Shown piece after piece: positions 24,210 to 38,543 of a DNA stretch of 64,000 bases. Position 1 is the stretch's first letter; each line of letters starts with the position of its first letter. Location of the stretch: contig NW_013547020.1 in NCBI RefSeq assembly GCF_000711695.1, forward strand, positions 186,001-250,000, given 5' to 3'. The position numbers and the translations under genes are program-made. A model generated the notes under the pieces. It did not search any database, was not told the origin of the DNA, and saw nothing but the letters and a program-made list of their open reading frames with translations. The stretch comes from Tilletiaria anomala UBC 951 (taxonomy: Eukaryota).

Positions 24210-27086
24210 TTAAACGCCAAATTCAATTCGGTGCTCTGTCCACCATCGCAGTCCTTCCTCACGCGTGCTGGCGTCCAACTGTGCCAGAACATCGAATATG
24301 TGCCCGCACAGCGCAAGCACTTTCGCCCGGCCCTTGCTTAGCGATTCGTTCTTTCTGTGTTTGCCTCTCCCCTTTCTACCTAGCGTCGCCACTGCTCCTG
24401 AAACTCTTGCTACCGAAGCTGTCGATGCATCTTTGCCTTCACTTTCTTGCTGTTGCGGCTGTACCGGTGTTGCATCAAGCTGTGCAGCTGCACGGATGAA
24501 CGTTTGCACGCGTGAAAGCGCAGAGCGCAGAAGCGTCAAGTTGATGCTGCTGAGTTGCGAGATATAAGTCATCTCTAGCGCTTGCAGCGCTTCGTCCGGC
24601 GATGGATTCTCAGCTGGCCCAGCAGCTTCCAGCTTTCGCGATGTCGCAGTGGCATCAAAATCTTGCGAAGGTGTTGATACTGGCTCTCCACTGTCTTCAC
24701 CGTTCACTAGCAGCCGTTGTCGGTCAATCGCGTCATCAAGCTGCATCAGCGCCCACCAAGCAACTGCATCGTCTGTGTCCGAAGCAGTGTTGACAATGGT
24801 GGAGAAGGCGTGATCCAGCTGCACACTTGTGAGCAGAGACGGATAGCTGCGCAACAGAATATCGACGTAATATGGTACCAGGCTCATACAGACGCGCTTT
24901 TGGCTGCTGAAGATTGCGAGCACGACAGAGTGCGCAGATTCGAATGTCGTGCGGAACCGTGGATCATCCAGGTATCTGAATATCGAACCCATTCAAAGAC
25001 AAATCAGGACACACGATCGCAAGGAAGCCCGACTGGAAGTAAGACTCACGGTCTACAAGTTGGTAGCAGTCTCGCCTCAATGATTTCGTCGGGTAGCGAG
25101 GCTGTGAGCTGCTCAGCGACATCAAGGTAGTACGTTATTGCGCTTCTTTTAGCATCATTCATCTCCAGCTTTTTGCCCAGCGAATCGGTTGGCTCGATCA
25201 ATTCCATGAGCGCCACGCATGCTTCGGCATCACGGCCGATGATGTCCAGGCTCGAATAGAAGATGTGTGTGTATGCGGTGAATCCATTGGAACCAAATGC
25301 GCTCACGATCCAGTAGAGATGGCCGTAGGTCTGGAGAATAGATTGAACGATGGACAAGAACTGTGGCGGTAGGTTCGAAGAAGCGACCGCTGGCCAACGA
25401 CCTGTGAGCCCAGATTTGTGAGGTGGGCGGGCTGCGATGGGTACCGTGGGCGAGGGACACATGTCAATCACTGCCTCCATCAGGGAGTCGAATGGCATGG
25501 TCAGACAAAAGATATACGACTTGAAGGTATTCCACAGTTGCTTTGTCGTCTCGCGAGAGTCCATGTCTAATATCGACATGAAAATCGTCAGTGGCGCACT
25601 ATTACAGCGTCACAACAATCGACACGTACTAATCTGATCATTGTCGGTACCAGCTAGCTCACTGCCAAGCCATAGCATACCTATATGCTCGCTCAAGACT
25701 CTTACGCGGGTGAAGAAGGGTTCCAAGTTCGCCGGCGTTGAATCTGCAGGGCGAATCAAGGCCAGAGCGGAGAGGTCTGCTAGCGATAACTGCAGAGTTG
25801 CTTGCGACAGTCCTACGGCGACGAGTTGCGAGATTGGGCCTAACCAGGGGTACAGCTTGTCTCCTGCAAGCGCTTTGACTCTTCGGGCTGTCTCTGAGTC
25901 GCTCTATTATGCAACAGGATCAAATTTCAGTGCCCGCAACCCGTGGCTATTTCGAAATGGTAACTTACGGCAATGTTCAACTTATCATCTTCGCCTGACC
26001 GCGTAACATCTTCTGCGATTCTCTGCAGCACATCGTGGTGCTCGAATATGCCCAGCATAGCGTCTGAGGCAACGTACAAAAGCGACTTGAAATGAACAAC
26101 AGCTGTGTCATAACGTAATGTTCCATCCTCGAGCATTGAATACTGCTTGTCTCACCTGTACCGGCAAAGTCTCCAGCTTTCGCTGCGGGACGTACTGCAC
26201 AACTTGAGCAGCTAGTGTCAAGGATACTCCCCAACGTTTCCTTCGATCTGCAAATACAAGTATCAGCACGATCCTGGAAGGACTTGCTCAAAAGTGATGC
26301 TGCCCACGCACTTGTGAAATGGCTGGGGTCAGAATCCATTTGCGCCTGCTCGTGTTTCCTGAACTCCTGCTCCCAAGCATCCCTAGGGTTCGACTGCTGC
26401 CTGCTCGTTGCTGTGGTCTGCGGCAGGTATATCTGACCCACTAACTCAAGACATTCGGAGAAGCTGACAATCCACTCATCCTCCACTTTTCGCAAGCAGC
26501 TCCTCAAGCTGAGAGCAGATTGAGCTTGGCCACTGGTCTTTTGCTCTTCTTTTACTGCATGTAAGCCAAGCAGGAGACCTGACAGAATGGCGAGCCTGGG
26601 GATGGGTTGGCCTTGGAGCGCTTGCATTTCAGTGGGAGCAGGGTCCGGTAGCGAAGCGGAGATGTCATAGCGGCACGCGAGGATGATGCTCGTAACCCAA
26701 TTGTACAGCTTGCGCTTTGTCCCCCAGCCGACGGATCCGAGTCGGCTCTTGAGAAGGAGTTCTACTCGGCGTGTAGTTGCTTGAGCGACTGCTCGCGAGA
26801 GATTTGTAGCACGGGAGAGAAGGGCTGCGACGCTTGCCTCATCGACACCCGACGATAACGACGCTTCGCGGCCATGCGCCGCCCAGAAGGAGCCGGAAGT
26901 TGCCACTACCGATGCGAAGGTGCTTGCATACTCGTCCTGCAGGCCTGAAAGATAGTAAGCGATCGAGCCGTATAACGTATTGTCATCCAGCAGAGACAGA
27001 TGCGTGCTAGAGGCGGGCGGGGCCTTGAGGAGGGAGGTAAACGTCCCCAACCGCTCATCTGGTTCGATGAACGTGTCACTTTGCAT
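24210..27086 (-). CDS. PEX8: Peroxin Pex8-like helical-repeat protein, multi-exon
   Basis: Segments WNTFKSYIFCLTM, LYWIVSAFGSNGFTAY, YYLDVAEQL and FESAHSVVLAIF...LVPYYVDILL resemble fungal Pex8. Confidence 0.75.
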
Positions 27087-27939
27087 TGCATCCTCCACAA
27101 CAGGATCTTCAAGGGTGATAAGTTTCTACCACGACAGAGATTCTTGCCTGCAATGAGCTGCAGCTGAAAGCTAGCTGTAAAAAGAATAGAGAATGTAGGT
27201 AGAAGGGACGTTCAGCGAAGAGAGTCAGAGACATTGACAGAAACGGCTCGGCTTTTGTCACAGTCTTTTGGACCGGTGACTGGTTCCAACTTTCTCAGCG
27301 CCGGATGTCCTTCTGCAGCACAACTCTCTTCCATTCACATCACGATGGTTAGGAAATGTTGTTGGCGAGTCCCAAGCCTAGAGAAAAGGGACTGATTCTA
27401 GCAAGCCATTACAACTCCTCCGGCCCTTCTGCGCTATGAAAATGTGTTGAGACATAGCGAGCGCGCATCCGTTCATGGCGTGGGAGACGGGACGAGAAGA
27501 TCACCAGAGCACACAGAGCCAAGATTGGAAATCCGAACCCCAGTTTCATTGCATGTGAACAAAAGACAGGGAAACAACAACCAAAGGAAAGAGCTGTATT
27601 TGACTATATAGGAAGCGAAAGACGAAGTTGAAGAAGGCTAAAAGAATGTATGTAGGTTGGAGAACCAACGGCGGTATCGGATGCTTGAAAACTAGTAGGC
27701 AGGCAGGCGCCAAGGCCGCGCGCGCTCGAGCATCAAGAGTCGCAGTAGTCAAGGAAGCCTACCGAAGTCGGTCTTTGCTTGTCGAATGCATTGTCGGCGT
27801 TCTTGTTTCTTGTAGTGCAGGTTACGAGTGAGGAATGTGGAGAAAAGAAGATGCAATGAGGATCCTCATCTTCTTTGCGCTAGAGAACTTGCAAGGACGT
27901 TTGCAGTGTCCAAGAAAAGCTTGCAGAAATGCGCAAACT

Positions 27940-30900
27940 TTACTCGTCATCGATCTCCACGCGAGGGGCAAAGCTGTAAACATCGGGCTCGCCGTCCTTG
28001 TCAGACTTCTCGTGGACGATGGTGAGGCGCTGCAAGTTGGTGAAAAAGTCCTCGAGGATTGGGTTCTTGACAGAGCGCTGGCGGCGGCCGAGCCTGTCGA
28101 GCGCTTCAATCTGGTTGAGGATGTAGTAGACAAGTGCGATGATGATCGTGACCTGCATCATTGGAAAGAAAAAATCAGCAAAACGACCCTTGTCGCCACT
28201 GAAGTCAAAACTCACACCAATAGAGTAAGCCCAAACACGGACGACTGTGACAATGTCTGTCCATTTGTTGTTAAGGATTGCAGGAGAGTTGGCCGGGATA
28301 TCGCCCGCGAACCAGCCGAAGAGGCAGAACAAGGTAGCGAGAATGTCGACAACAAGAATGGCGCCGACCAGCTGCCAGGACGGGAGCGTAATGTCGCTCT
28401 CTCCACCGCCGAGACGAGTGACGAAAATAAGCCAGTTCTCAGTGAGCGAGACTTCGAGGAAGAGGATCTCTTGGATGTTACCGAAGTTCTCGACGACACC
28501 GCCGTTTGGGAGGAAGAGAGTACCGCGGATGATCCAGGTACCGGCAGCAAGCAGGGCACCGAGAATAACCGATATGATCCAGATCTTGGGCAGCTGCCAC
28601 TCCACTGGTGCTTTGGCATGGGGGGCGTTGTCGTAGGCGATGGCAATGGTGGCCAAGTCAGCGAAGAGCGCAATGAAGACAATAAGGTCGGCACGGATCG
28701 TCTCGTCCAGAATGATGATGGTAAGAACGAGGTAAATCTCAAGGTGCAAGCACAGAGAAATACGGTACTGAATGTAAGCCTTCATACGGTGGAAAATCTG
28801 GCGAGCGACTTTGATCGAGGTGATGATGGTCGAGAGACCCTCGTCAAGGAAGACAACATCGGCAGCAGCGCGGGCAGCGTCAGAGGCACCCTCCACCGCG
28901 ATACCGCAGTCGGCCTTCTTCAAGGAGGGGGCGTCGTTGACACCGTCACCAGTCATGGCGGTCAAGTGACCGCGGTTCTGAAGCATCTCTACAACCTGGT
29001 ACTTGTGTTCGGGGAAAACTTCGGCAAATCCATCGGCAGCCTCAACAAAGTCGTGAATGGCAGAGCCGGCCATGCCGCCAGAGCCAATAAGGCGTTGCGA
29101 GTCGTAAACCTTGGTACCGAGAGCAAGCATCTTGCACGTCTCCTTAGCAATAGCAACGGCGTCACCGGTAAGCATCTTGACTGAGATACCAAGGTTCTGG
29201 GCCTCGGCGATGGTGGCGGCAGTGTCCGAGCGAGGAGGGTCAAACATGGGGAGAAGACCGAGAAGCTTCCATTGGCCACCAGAGTTGATAGCGACACCAA
29301 GTGAACGGAAACCACGAGAAGCGAAATCACCAGCAACCTTGCGATACTGAGCAGCGGTCTCAGCGTCGGGCTGGCAAAGCTTGAGAATAGCGTTGGGTGC
29401 ACCCTTGGCTGCCGTGTAGCGCTTACCGTCCTTCTCGACCTCAGCGGTGATACGCTTGGAAACAGGGTCAAAGGGAATGAACTTGTGAGTGAGCCAGCCA
29501 GATGCGAGCTCATCCTGAGCACCGGGGTAATCCTTGAGGGTAGAGATGGTGACCTTGTCGATCGGGTCAAGCGAACGAACATTGTGTGATGACGCGAGGG
29601 CGGCCACAGCCATCATGAAGTTGACATCAACACCCTCAGAAGTGTACGGCTCGTGGATCGAAAGCTTGTTGGCAGTGAGAGTACCAGTCTTGTCAGAACA
29701 GAGGACATCGACACCGGCGAGAGATTCGATGGCAGTAAGCTTCTGGACGATAGCCTGGCGCTTGGCGAGGTATGCAGCGCCTACGGCCATGGTGGTGGTG
29801 GTGACGCAAGGAAGACCGACGGGAACACCGACAACGAGGAAGATCAGGGTGTAGATAAGCAAGTTGCTTTCTTTGGGAGTGGCAATGCCAGTGTTGCGGA
29901 AAAAGCCGGAGATCCAAAACGCGAGAACAAAGACCATGACCAGGACGAGCAGTGCCGTGCCGATCGACCCCATGACCTTCTGGAAGTGACCCTCCGTCTC
30001 GCCTCCAAGGACAAGAGCAGCGGTGCGACCGACGAAGGACTGTTTGGCAATGTCTGTGCATAGAATGTAGGCCTTACCGCGCTTGCAACCGGTGGTGTAG
30101 AAGACAGTGTCGCCAATGTGCTTATCAACGGCAAGAGATTCACCAGTAATGGCCGACTGGTCGCAGGCGATGATCGCCGGACCTTTGTCGACACCCTCGT
30201 CGTCATCGTCGTCACGCTTGGTGGCACGGGCCTTCTCAAGAATAGCATAAGCTTGAGAGCCATCTTTGTCATCGTATTCAGCGAGAAGACGGCCATCGCA
30301 GGGAATTGTCTGACCGTCTTCAACGATAACAATGTCACCAGGGACGAGTTCACGCGCCTCGACCTCCCGTTCTTGACCGTCACGAACGACCGTTGCCCGA
30401 AGTGCGATACCAGCCTTGAGCTGGGCGACAATGTCACCAGCTTGCTTTTCTTGATACCAACCGACGAAAGCGTTCAAGAGCAAAATGGCGACAATAACAC
30501 CAAAGTCGACCCATTCTTGAAGACCGGCGGCGAGGGCGGCTGCCAACTCCATGACTGCAAACAATCGTTTATTGGATGTCGAAGGTCAGAAACTGACATT
30601 AAAAAATCCAGTAAGCCGACAAGTTTCTCACCGTAAAGAATTGGACCCTTGAAGAATCCGAGGAATTTGAGAAAGAGATTCTCAGACGGAGACTCAAGCT
30701 CATTGAAACCGAACTGAAGTCGTCGCTTGTCCACGTCGCTCGCGCTGACACCTTTCTGCATCGAGGTTTCAAGCCTTTTGATTGGAAATAAAGTAGTAAT
30801 ACGGAAATCAGTAATTGAGCGTGGTCATAACAAGCGAGGTGACTGCATGTGCTCGTTATACACTCACCATGATGCAGGAACCTTGGCTGCGACCGTCTCT

Positions 30901-31091
30901 TCTTCGCCGTTCTTGTTCACTCGAACCTCCCGCGTCTTCCATGGGGTTAGGAAGCTCCTTTTCTTGACGATCATAGTGCCGTCATCGTTCTCGTCATCGC
31001 CGCCATGTGCCTTCTGTGCTCGAATGAAGTCCAGAAGGGCTGCGTACTCTTCGTTGACCCCGTGGGGGTAGTTACCCTTCTCTGCCGACAT
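27940..31091 (-). CDS. PMA1: Plasma-membrane H+-ATPase (P3A-type)
   Basis: DQSAITGES, VGVPVGLP, CSDKTGTLT, KGAP, MLTGDA, TGDGVNDAPSLKKAD and LTENWLIF motifs. Introns near 30867-30775, 30631-30558 and an in-frame one near 28215-28153. The C-terminal end could be extended by splicing. Confidence 0.97.
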
Positions 31092-34000
31092 GTTTGTCTA
31101 CTGCTGTGACCGATCTGCTGTGCTGTTACTTTTGTGTGCTCCAGGAGGCAGATGGGTTAGTTTTGATGGGACCGCGGAAAGGGACTGTAAGATCACCTCA
31201 AGCCCGATATGGGAGAAAGAGGCTACTGAAAGGGCGGATGGATGGGACCTTTGCTCGAGCAATCGAAGACAAAGGTGCGACAATCCGCTAGGCAGCCGAC
31301 CTGGTTGTTGACTAAACCCGACGGAAGCCAAAGGAGGGGAGGAAGTGAAGGGGAAGGTGGGAGAGAATGGAAGGGAGGATGAAGAAGGTAGAAAAGGAAA
31401 AAGAAGAGGCGAAGAGGAGGGACGGCGATGCTGTTGTTCAGATAGGGGATGTTTAAAGGAAGAATAGAAGCAACCCCGAACCGAACAGAGAGTATAGAGC
31501 GGAAGGTATCGGGGACCGGACAGGACAAGACGCTGAGCCGCCAGAGGGGGATCCCACCGCAGAGAGCATCCGTTTGGAATGGAGACGAGCGGTGAGAAGG
31601 AAACCGTTTCCAACACACAGACCCAGACACTGACACAGTGCATGCGGCGGAGCAACATCGTGCCGGCAAGCTGGATGATCAGCCTCCCCCATCGATACGC
31701 GTCTCTCTCCTTGTGCGTGCCTGTTGGGATGCGGCAGTTCACCGAACGTTGGCCGCGCTTGTACTGCCTGCAGGTATGTCATCCGCCAGCGAAAAGAAAG
31801 ATATCTGTATGTGGGTCTAGGGGGCGGTTCACGCTGCACGAGCCAGGAAAGGACTCTCCACCTACCGGACGAGCTCTCCCGTCTAATAATGTGACAGGAA
31901 CCGGCAACGCATAATTCGGTCGAAGAACGAACTTGGAAGCGACGTATGGCCAGGTACCGATAAGAGAGAGCCGAGAGCGGCAACGCCCAAGATTTACGCA
32001 GCGAGGTGCAAAAAGAAAGAAATGAGTGGGCCGTTCCAGTGGGATTCTTCCTTCCATGCCCGACCACCCCGACAAATACCTGCCAAGCGCCAAAAGAAAG
32101 GAGCGCAAGCCGCCGGTCGCAGAGGCACGCTGTGGTGCTTGTCGTCAGCTTGTGGTGCTGTGTTTTCTCGGAGAAAACATGCTCCACCACAGCATCCACT
32201 GGCCAAGCACGTAACGGCAAAAAAAGAAAGACGTATAAAGAAATCAAGCAAAAACACACGGTGGGCCGCAGTTCCCTGAACCCGCTGCGCACCGCATCTC
32301 ATTGCCGCAGTTCGCAAATTGGGTCGCTTCATGTCCCCTATCATCAGCGTAATTTACCTCCACCGCCAAGCTGTCCCTCCATTCTTCATCATCCCTGTCA
32401 GCCCGTTACCAGTCTTCCTGGATCCTAGCGTGCCCGCAGCAAGGCGTCGATAAATTACTTTTGTGAGCTGCAGAGGGGCGAGCGAAGTTCGCTGAGCACT
32501 CTATGCGCTACACACCACGAATGCGATACTGCTGTCTCACCATTTGCCAAGACGCGCTTCAACGGACTGGAGGCATGTAGTCTACAACGGCCATGTCGTT
32601 GAGCTCGACACGCTAGCGCACAGGTTTCCCTTCGTTCACCCAGTGCTCATCCGTTTACATGTAGTCCCCACATCCATCCCCGGCTCTTTTTCCAGGTCCC
32701 CACTTCCTCTGCACCACCCGAACTGTAAAAGAACAATTTTGCTCGGCACCTCCGTCTCTCCTGCATTTTATAACATCGATCTACGTGTCAAGGATGAACG
32801 TGCATACGGCATTCCCGACATCCGCCAAGCTGCTTAACTCTTACTCGCGCTTATGCAACTTCTGAAGACGCAATGCCAAAGTTCGAATGCCCAGCTAACC
32901 TTTGTTGCAATTACGCTGAGAGCTGTCGCTATGTGAGGACCTTGGCGAGATTGGACTTCGCGCAAATCACAAGCTGTTCTCTATGAGACCACAGATTCGA
33001 TAGGGGCGCGAGGTGAACTTCACATGAACAGGAAGAATCGCTTATTTTGGAAACATCCGAGCTGGCATGCAGTTCCAGATTCTTGTGTACAAGGAGCTTG
33101 ATTATATATATCTTTCTGCCCATGCATGCCAGTTCAGCAGGGTAGATGACAAACTTGGCATTCTCTATGCACGGTTCGAAGTAGTATGAATCGAAAATCA
33201 TGTATATGAGGATGAATGATGTGCGGCGGCCCCCGCGAGCTTCGGTTTCAATGTGTAATGTACGAATGGATGTGCGAACTATTGGCACTCGATAGAGGTT
33301 GGCTTTCCCCTTAGGTACATGCTTGCACTCGAAGCTCTTCGCAGACTCCGTGAATTCTTCAAGACCCTTCCTGAACACTTCGATTCGCAAATTCCGAAAG
33401 CACATGTGTGCCTAAGTTGTGACGTACCCTGTGGAGCTCGAGGCGACAACAACACGAACGGCTTTTTAGAGGCGCTCATTGAGGGAATGCACACAATAGA
33501 GCTTGTACATACATGTGCACAATGTAAGTATCATCGCGATATCTAACAGCATCAACTGTCGGCCAGCCAGTCAGCTTCGGTCGAGTGTCGACTCCCAAAA
33601 GCGTCTCGACGTTCGAGCTCGGCCTGTATTCGATTCCACCAGTTGTATTTGAGTACCCACTCTGGCAGGCCATCCAGGACTCAAGCACTGCTCCAGGAGA
33701 GCATGTTTCCGCGAATAAGCCGGGGGCCGACGACTGGAGCCCTTAGCGCCCCTGCCTCAGATGATACTCTTGCGCCAAAGGAGATGGCTCTGATCATAGG
33801 CGCTCCATCACTTACAGGATGAATCGAACTTCGAAGTTGCCGGCACCGGGAGTGGCCAAAAGGGAAACCCCACGACGACCCTCATCACATGTTTGGCACA
33901 CAACTTGTGCTGTGATTAATCACAAGACCTGCCCGCATTACCACTAGCCGCATATCCGCACGAAGAGGCACAAGCAAAACAGATCAAAACACCCAGCCAT

Positions 34001-35139
34001 TCGGCGTGCACCGGCAGCCGGCGCTTCCCGGCCCGACGGGTTCGTTTTACATAGTTAGATCCACCCCAGACTCTTCTCAACACGAAAAAATCTTTCAAAG
34101 GCGCATCCAACACTCCCAACACGTACGTAAAGGCTGTTCCCTCGTCCGAGAATGGCGGAATTGAAGAGATAACAATGGAGAAAAGGAGATGCTGACGTGC
34201 CGAAAAATCAAAACGATCATCAACACATGTGCTCCGCTCTCCTCTGATGACCTTGATATTTGATGATTCTCGCTCAGCCTCCCGTGGGCCTCGGCCCGCT
34301 CAAAGCCCTGCAAACCCGCCCCGAAAATTGATCGTGCGGCTTTTATGTACATAATATGCTGTCATTCTTGACGCATGACGCGAATTGTGATGACCAATTG
34401 ATGCTTGACAGTGATTGAGACCAAAATTTGTCTCAAACGACTGCAGCGATCTAACTTAGAGACATGGAATGCTTGCAACTGGTAGCAATGATGTTGATGC
34501 AAATCAGTATAACGACCGATGACCAGCAGGCTGCAGGGCGCAAGCAACGAGCAGCTCCGACCTGCACCGACCTGCACCGACGGCAATCGCATCAACCTCA
34601 ACCGGCAACGCAGAGACCGTAAGTATGTACCGGGCTGTGTCAGGTCTATGGGGTGAGCAGCGAGAAGTCGCGAGCTTGATATGTGGCTTGATGCTCAAAA
34701 CTCGCAACGTGATATTTGATATCTTGGAGCGATTCCGAGAAGCGATGGCAGGACGTGCGCAAGTGCAAGAAAGCAGTTCACATATGATGTATACATTGTT
34801 GAAAACAAACAAGCGTCGCAGCAGTATTCAGCTATTCAGCGTTCAGCGTTTAGCAAGGGATGTACTCATGTGAACTTGTGTGAGAAGCTCATGTGGACTA
34901 CGGAGGCCTATGACCTGGTGAAATGGCCGCAAAAGCGGCAAACGGCAGGATCATGAGATGGTCATTGGGCAGTAGGCATTGGGCTGCCCGCACAATCTGA
35001 GGCGCCGATTCGGTGTATGAAGCATTGAGATGGAAGCTGGAGCAGGTTGGAGGATCCTGGAGGCCCAAAGCGTGAAACTTGGGAAAAAATGTCAAGCGCG
35101 AGTTTGTAAATAAATACATACAGTTGCCGGAGACGTAAA

Positions 35140-36181
35140 TTAGTCGAAGTGGCTCATGAAGGCCTTGAGCGGCGTGCTGGTGCCTCCAGCTTGGTCGATC
35201 TTCTCCAGCTCATTCTGAGTCAGCTCGTCTTCAGCGTTTTTGCCAATGGTGAACGCGTCGAGGTATACTTTGCCCTGCCTTCCTTACTGTTCGTGGCGAT
35301 TACGAAGCCCTAGGATCGCTGCGCGACCCACTTGAGCAGCACTCTACCTTCGCAGCTCCCGGACCTCACTTTAGCAATCTCGGTCAGGATGGGGACCCAT
35401 GCATCGCTCGCGGGTTTGTCCTTGCGCGTGAGGGGAACCAGCTATCCGGTAGCAACGACCTTGATCTTTTTACATTCATCAACTTGATGGCATGCTGCAT
35501 GCGCTTGTCCTTCCAGAGTAGCGGGTGTTATCCGGTCCGGAGCATGAGAAGAGGGACATCATCGTGAGTATAAAAGTTGACAAAGGCAGGTGCGCTCGGC
35601 ACTTGAATTCAATCTGGTTGATTTCAATCGGACCCTTTGACTTCGAGTCCAGCACTTGTTGAATGTCCGAGTTCAACCCAATTCGAAACCCCTATGGCCA
35701 TCCTATTCCAACACCACAAAGATGGTGAGACATGAAATAGCCCTGCAGGAATTTTGAGGTCGGAAGATGTACTTTACGATTCCCTCATCCTTGAGCTTCT
35801 CCATCTCCTTCCGCACCTCGACGTCACTTGGTTGTCCGTCGTTGCCTCTTGGCGGCGTATGCAGGATGCAAGAGTCGAGCAGTAGGACGTTGGACTTGGC
35901 AAGCTCGTCCTTGGCCGCCTGGGCGATTCCGCTGTTCATGCCTCCCAGGACTTTGGTGAAGACCCAAAGCTTGTCTTTGAATTCGCTTTAAACGATCGCT
36001 GGGCCGCCGTGCTCGCTGTTTGCATGACCTCTGCATAGTTCAGAAGCTTGAATCCGGCGTCGATCGCCATCGCGAGAGATTGTTGCGAGTCTTCCTTAAA
36101 CAGGGCCGTATCGCTTCTGACGCCGATGATAGGCACCGGCTTGGGGTTCGATGCAAAGCGAATGATGGGGATGGTAGCCAT
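35140..36181 (-). pseudogene. Aldo-keto reductase pseudogene
   Basis: AKR segments (AIDAGFKLLNYAEV, LWVFTKV, ILHTP, EMEKLKDEGIVKYI, GVSNW, INQIEF, VLLKW, LTQNELEKID) lie in different frames separated by frameshifts and in-frame stops. The catalytic DTAxxY motif is degenerate. Confidence 0.8.
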
Positions 36182-36560
36182 TGTGAGAGATTTTTCCCCT
36201 TGAGTGATATGGTCTAGCTAGCGGGAGGGTGAGATGAATAGCTCGATGTCTTTCGGGCACAAGATTTGTGGCGACTGTGCGGCAATTGAAATATAGATTG
36301 CACGACCACGATGTTGCGACGAGATCAGAAGCGTGACAGTCGAAGTTCATCATTCTCCGACCGCGTGACCCTTGAAGCCTTCTTACTATCCATTATTCAC
36401 GATGAAGTATGAGGTCCAACACAGCAAATTACTCGGTTGTTAGGAGATATTCCCAACACCAAAAAGACAAGGTCTATGCGTGGTACATAGTGGTAGTTAG
36501 GGTCGGCAATCGGCTGCGAAGTGGGGCCATGCGCGTGCATAAGTACTCCGATGCCTTTTG

Positions 36561-38158
36561 TTACGAGTTGCACAATGTAATTTGCAACAATTCGACCCGC
36601 CCATCGCGCTGGGTATCATGCGCACTTGGAAAGCATCCGTAATGGACCATATCCGCATGCTGTGGCATGTTGTGGGGCGCAAATCCTTCGAGAAGGCGGG
36701 CGGGAAAGACAAGCGTCGGCGCTGTGTTAAGGGGGATGGGTGTGGGTTTGAGATTTGCGTTTTCTGGTTAGGCGCGTGGGTTCGATGTTAGTGACCTCGC
36801 TCTCTATGGCCATTCAATTCAAAGCGTATCGATACCCACGGAGGGCTTTCAAGAAGGCTTCGTATGTTTCAGCGTTCCTTACGGTGCTTGAAATTAGAAC
36901 CGTCGGAAGTCGGCAGTTGTCTCGCTCCGCACTGCCGGCCACTATCGCCGCGCAGATAGCCGCTGCGAGTGCGGGAAAAAGGGTGGGGTCGAAGACGACA
37001 TCGGCAGCCAATATGATTGTCGGACAGAAGTCTTGCAATAATTTTGCACTTTCGTTATTTCCATGCGATTCATCTGGATGCAGCAAATCCAGCCAGTTTA
37101 GAGGGCGGACCTGCATGCGCGACTCGGGAATTCCATCTGGCATCGCAGCGAAATGATCAGAGAGCAGGCTGGCACGGCTCATGCAAGGCTGTGCCACTTA
37201 CTGCTATGCCTTGTCTCGTTGAGCCGTGCGAGCACGTTACTCGCGCAGTCAGTGGCCAAGACTCGACCCTCTCCATGTGTCGGTAACAAATGGGAGCACA
37301 GTGTGGCAAGGAAGCCAGCGCCGGCTCCAAGCTCAAGAACCCTTGTGTCCTGCGAGAAGATACATTGTCTGTTCGCAAGCAGATGGCTGCCAAGGCGTAG
37401 ACTTTCGATGTGGTCGTACCGTACGATTAAGTCAAAGGAGGCTCTGAGTTGCATATTTGAATTTTTGATGGGCGGCGCTCTCACCTTGCCTCCCACGTCT
37501 GCAATCCCGTGGTCCCTTCTGAGATGAAAGAGCCTTCCTCCCTCAAGATGATAGGTTGAAAGCCTGATAGAACACCACGTCCACCCTCTTGTTCAGTGGC
37601 TGATGTATTTTGTGCAATTTTCAAAGAAGAGGAAAACAGGTAGCAAGTATGCGAGGACTCTGGGGCTCCATGACTGCAATACCCAGCAGATAGTAGCACT
37701 TTTTGAGTTTACCAATATCATGTGATGCCGGCGGACCTGTGAACTGACCGGTTGAAATCTGTCGCCATTAATAAAGCATATCGCTCCAGCAAAGACTCGT
37801 CTACTTCCTATTGAGAGGTAAGAATCAGTCAGTAAGGCCGGGGATTTACGCAGTCGTACACGTTTCTGCGACACACAGAATCCTCTGCGCTGACGCGCCC
37901 TTGCGACTGGGCTTCGTTGACGGCAGTCTGGAGCTTTTCGAGGAGGATCTTCAAGAAGGATTTTTCGTAAGCCTTGGAAGCACCTGGAAGCGCTCTGTTT
38001 CCAAAGAGATCGTCATCGAGATAGGCCTGTGCTTCGAAGAGCAAGTTACGGTTCGGCCACAAGAACTTGGACGAGCGAAGAGGCAGCCGTTGCGCGTATT
38101 GCAGAATGATGAGTTGCCGAGCTAGCCTCACATGTTCGGTTCTGTCTGCGTGATCCAT
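36561..38158 (-). CDS. EFM3: Protein-lysine N-methyltransferase Efm3/EEF2KMT (FAM86) family, multi-exon
   Basis: YEKSFLKILLEKL, ISEGTTGLQTWEA|SLRL, RVLELGAGAGFLA, ILAADVVFDP and STVRNAETY motifs. Confidence 0.85.
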
Positions 38159-38543
38159 GCCTCATGCATCATGGCTGACCGAACAGCTGCACTTGATCAC
38201 GTCTCGAAATCCTAGCAGATTGTCATGCGAGCACGCAGGAACTCGTTCGTGATTCGCTTGTTCGTAGCTACCAAATGACATCAAGGTGTTGAGCTTGAAA
38301 CTGTTACTTGAGTAATGAGACCAAACGAAGAAGTGCCGCATTCCATACATCTGAGTGTCGAAACACGCCACGTGACCGCGCTCAAAATTCTTTTCCATCT
38401 CACGACCGTAGAACTGCAGGGTTGTCCATTTTTATAGTATGGTGCTCAATGCAGGCGTTGACAATCTGTTTAGCTGATTCTCCCTCAAGGCCAACCTTTG
38501 AGAATAGAAAAGATCGCAAGCAGGGCATGCAAGTGCAGCCGAA

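Noticed and set aside
27835..29184. 449-aa plus-strand ORF opposite PMA1
   Set aside because: Antisense shadow produced by the strong codon bias of PMA1, with no recognisable motifs.
31100..32300. Long ORFs upstream of PMA1 (214 aa and 279 aa)
   Set aside because: Low-complexity pyrimidine-rich 5' leader or promoter sequence with no protein-like signal.
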